Assembly: GCF_033153115.1 (NCBI RefSeq)
Contig: NW_026889785.1
Span: forward strand, 7,068,001-7,132,000
Reading direction: 5' to 3'
DNA: 64,000 bases
From: Saccostrea echinata
Taxonomy: Eukaryota
A model generated the notes under the pieces. The model saw only the letters and a program-made list of their open reading frames with translations, did no database searches and was not told the origin of the DNA. Both the position numbers and the translations under genes were made by a program. Positions 63,958 to 64,000 of this stretch are shown one piece after another; the stretch's first letter is position 1; every line of letters starts with the position of its first letter.

Positions 63958-64000
63958 TATATATTTAAAAAAATTATATTTTTTAAGTAACACACAACAT

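Overview
AT-rich eukaryotic DNA, almost certainly from an oyster (Ostreidae). The basis is Cg170/HindIII-type ~167-bp satellite monomers inside Helentron-associated (HINE-type) elements, plus a bivalve tRNA-SINE family. The window is a dense, nested graveyard of transposable elements, with no confidently recognisable conserved host gene. DNA transposons present: Tc1/mariner, ISL2EU-like, Zator-like, an intron-containing Merlin, CACTA/EnSpm, Kolobok-type and other MITEs. Retroelements present: DIRS/Ngaro, BEL/Pao, several Ty3/Gypsy remnants, a Penelope-like RT, and six SINE copies of two head types. The most notable observations are: (1) a decayed Gypsy element with an env-like ORF resembling a class I fusion protein (24.0-27.6 kb, minus); (2) a compact cassette at 56.8-64 kb of small, alternately oriented genes (C2H2 zinc finger, secreted Cys protein, SP-repeat protein with a Pol II CTD-like heptad, mucin-like tandem-exon protein) around a CRE/palindrome-rich repeat block, which looks like part of an unclassified virus-like or giant mobile element; (3) a herpes-tegument-type (C76) deubiquitinase remnant; (4) a stand-alone tandem PC4-like ORF. 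All family assignments come from manual translation and motif recognition, not database searches, and boundaries of decayed elements are approximate.
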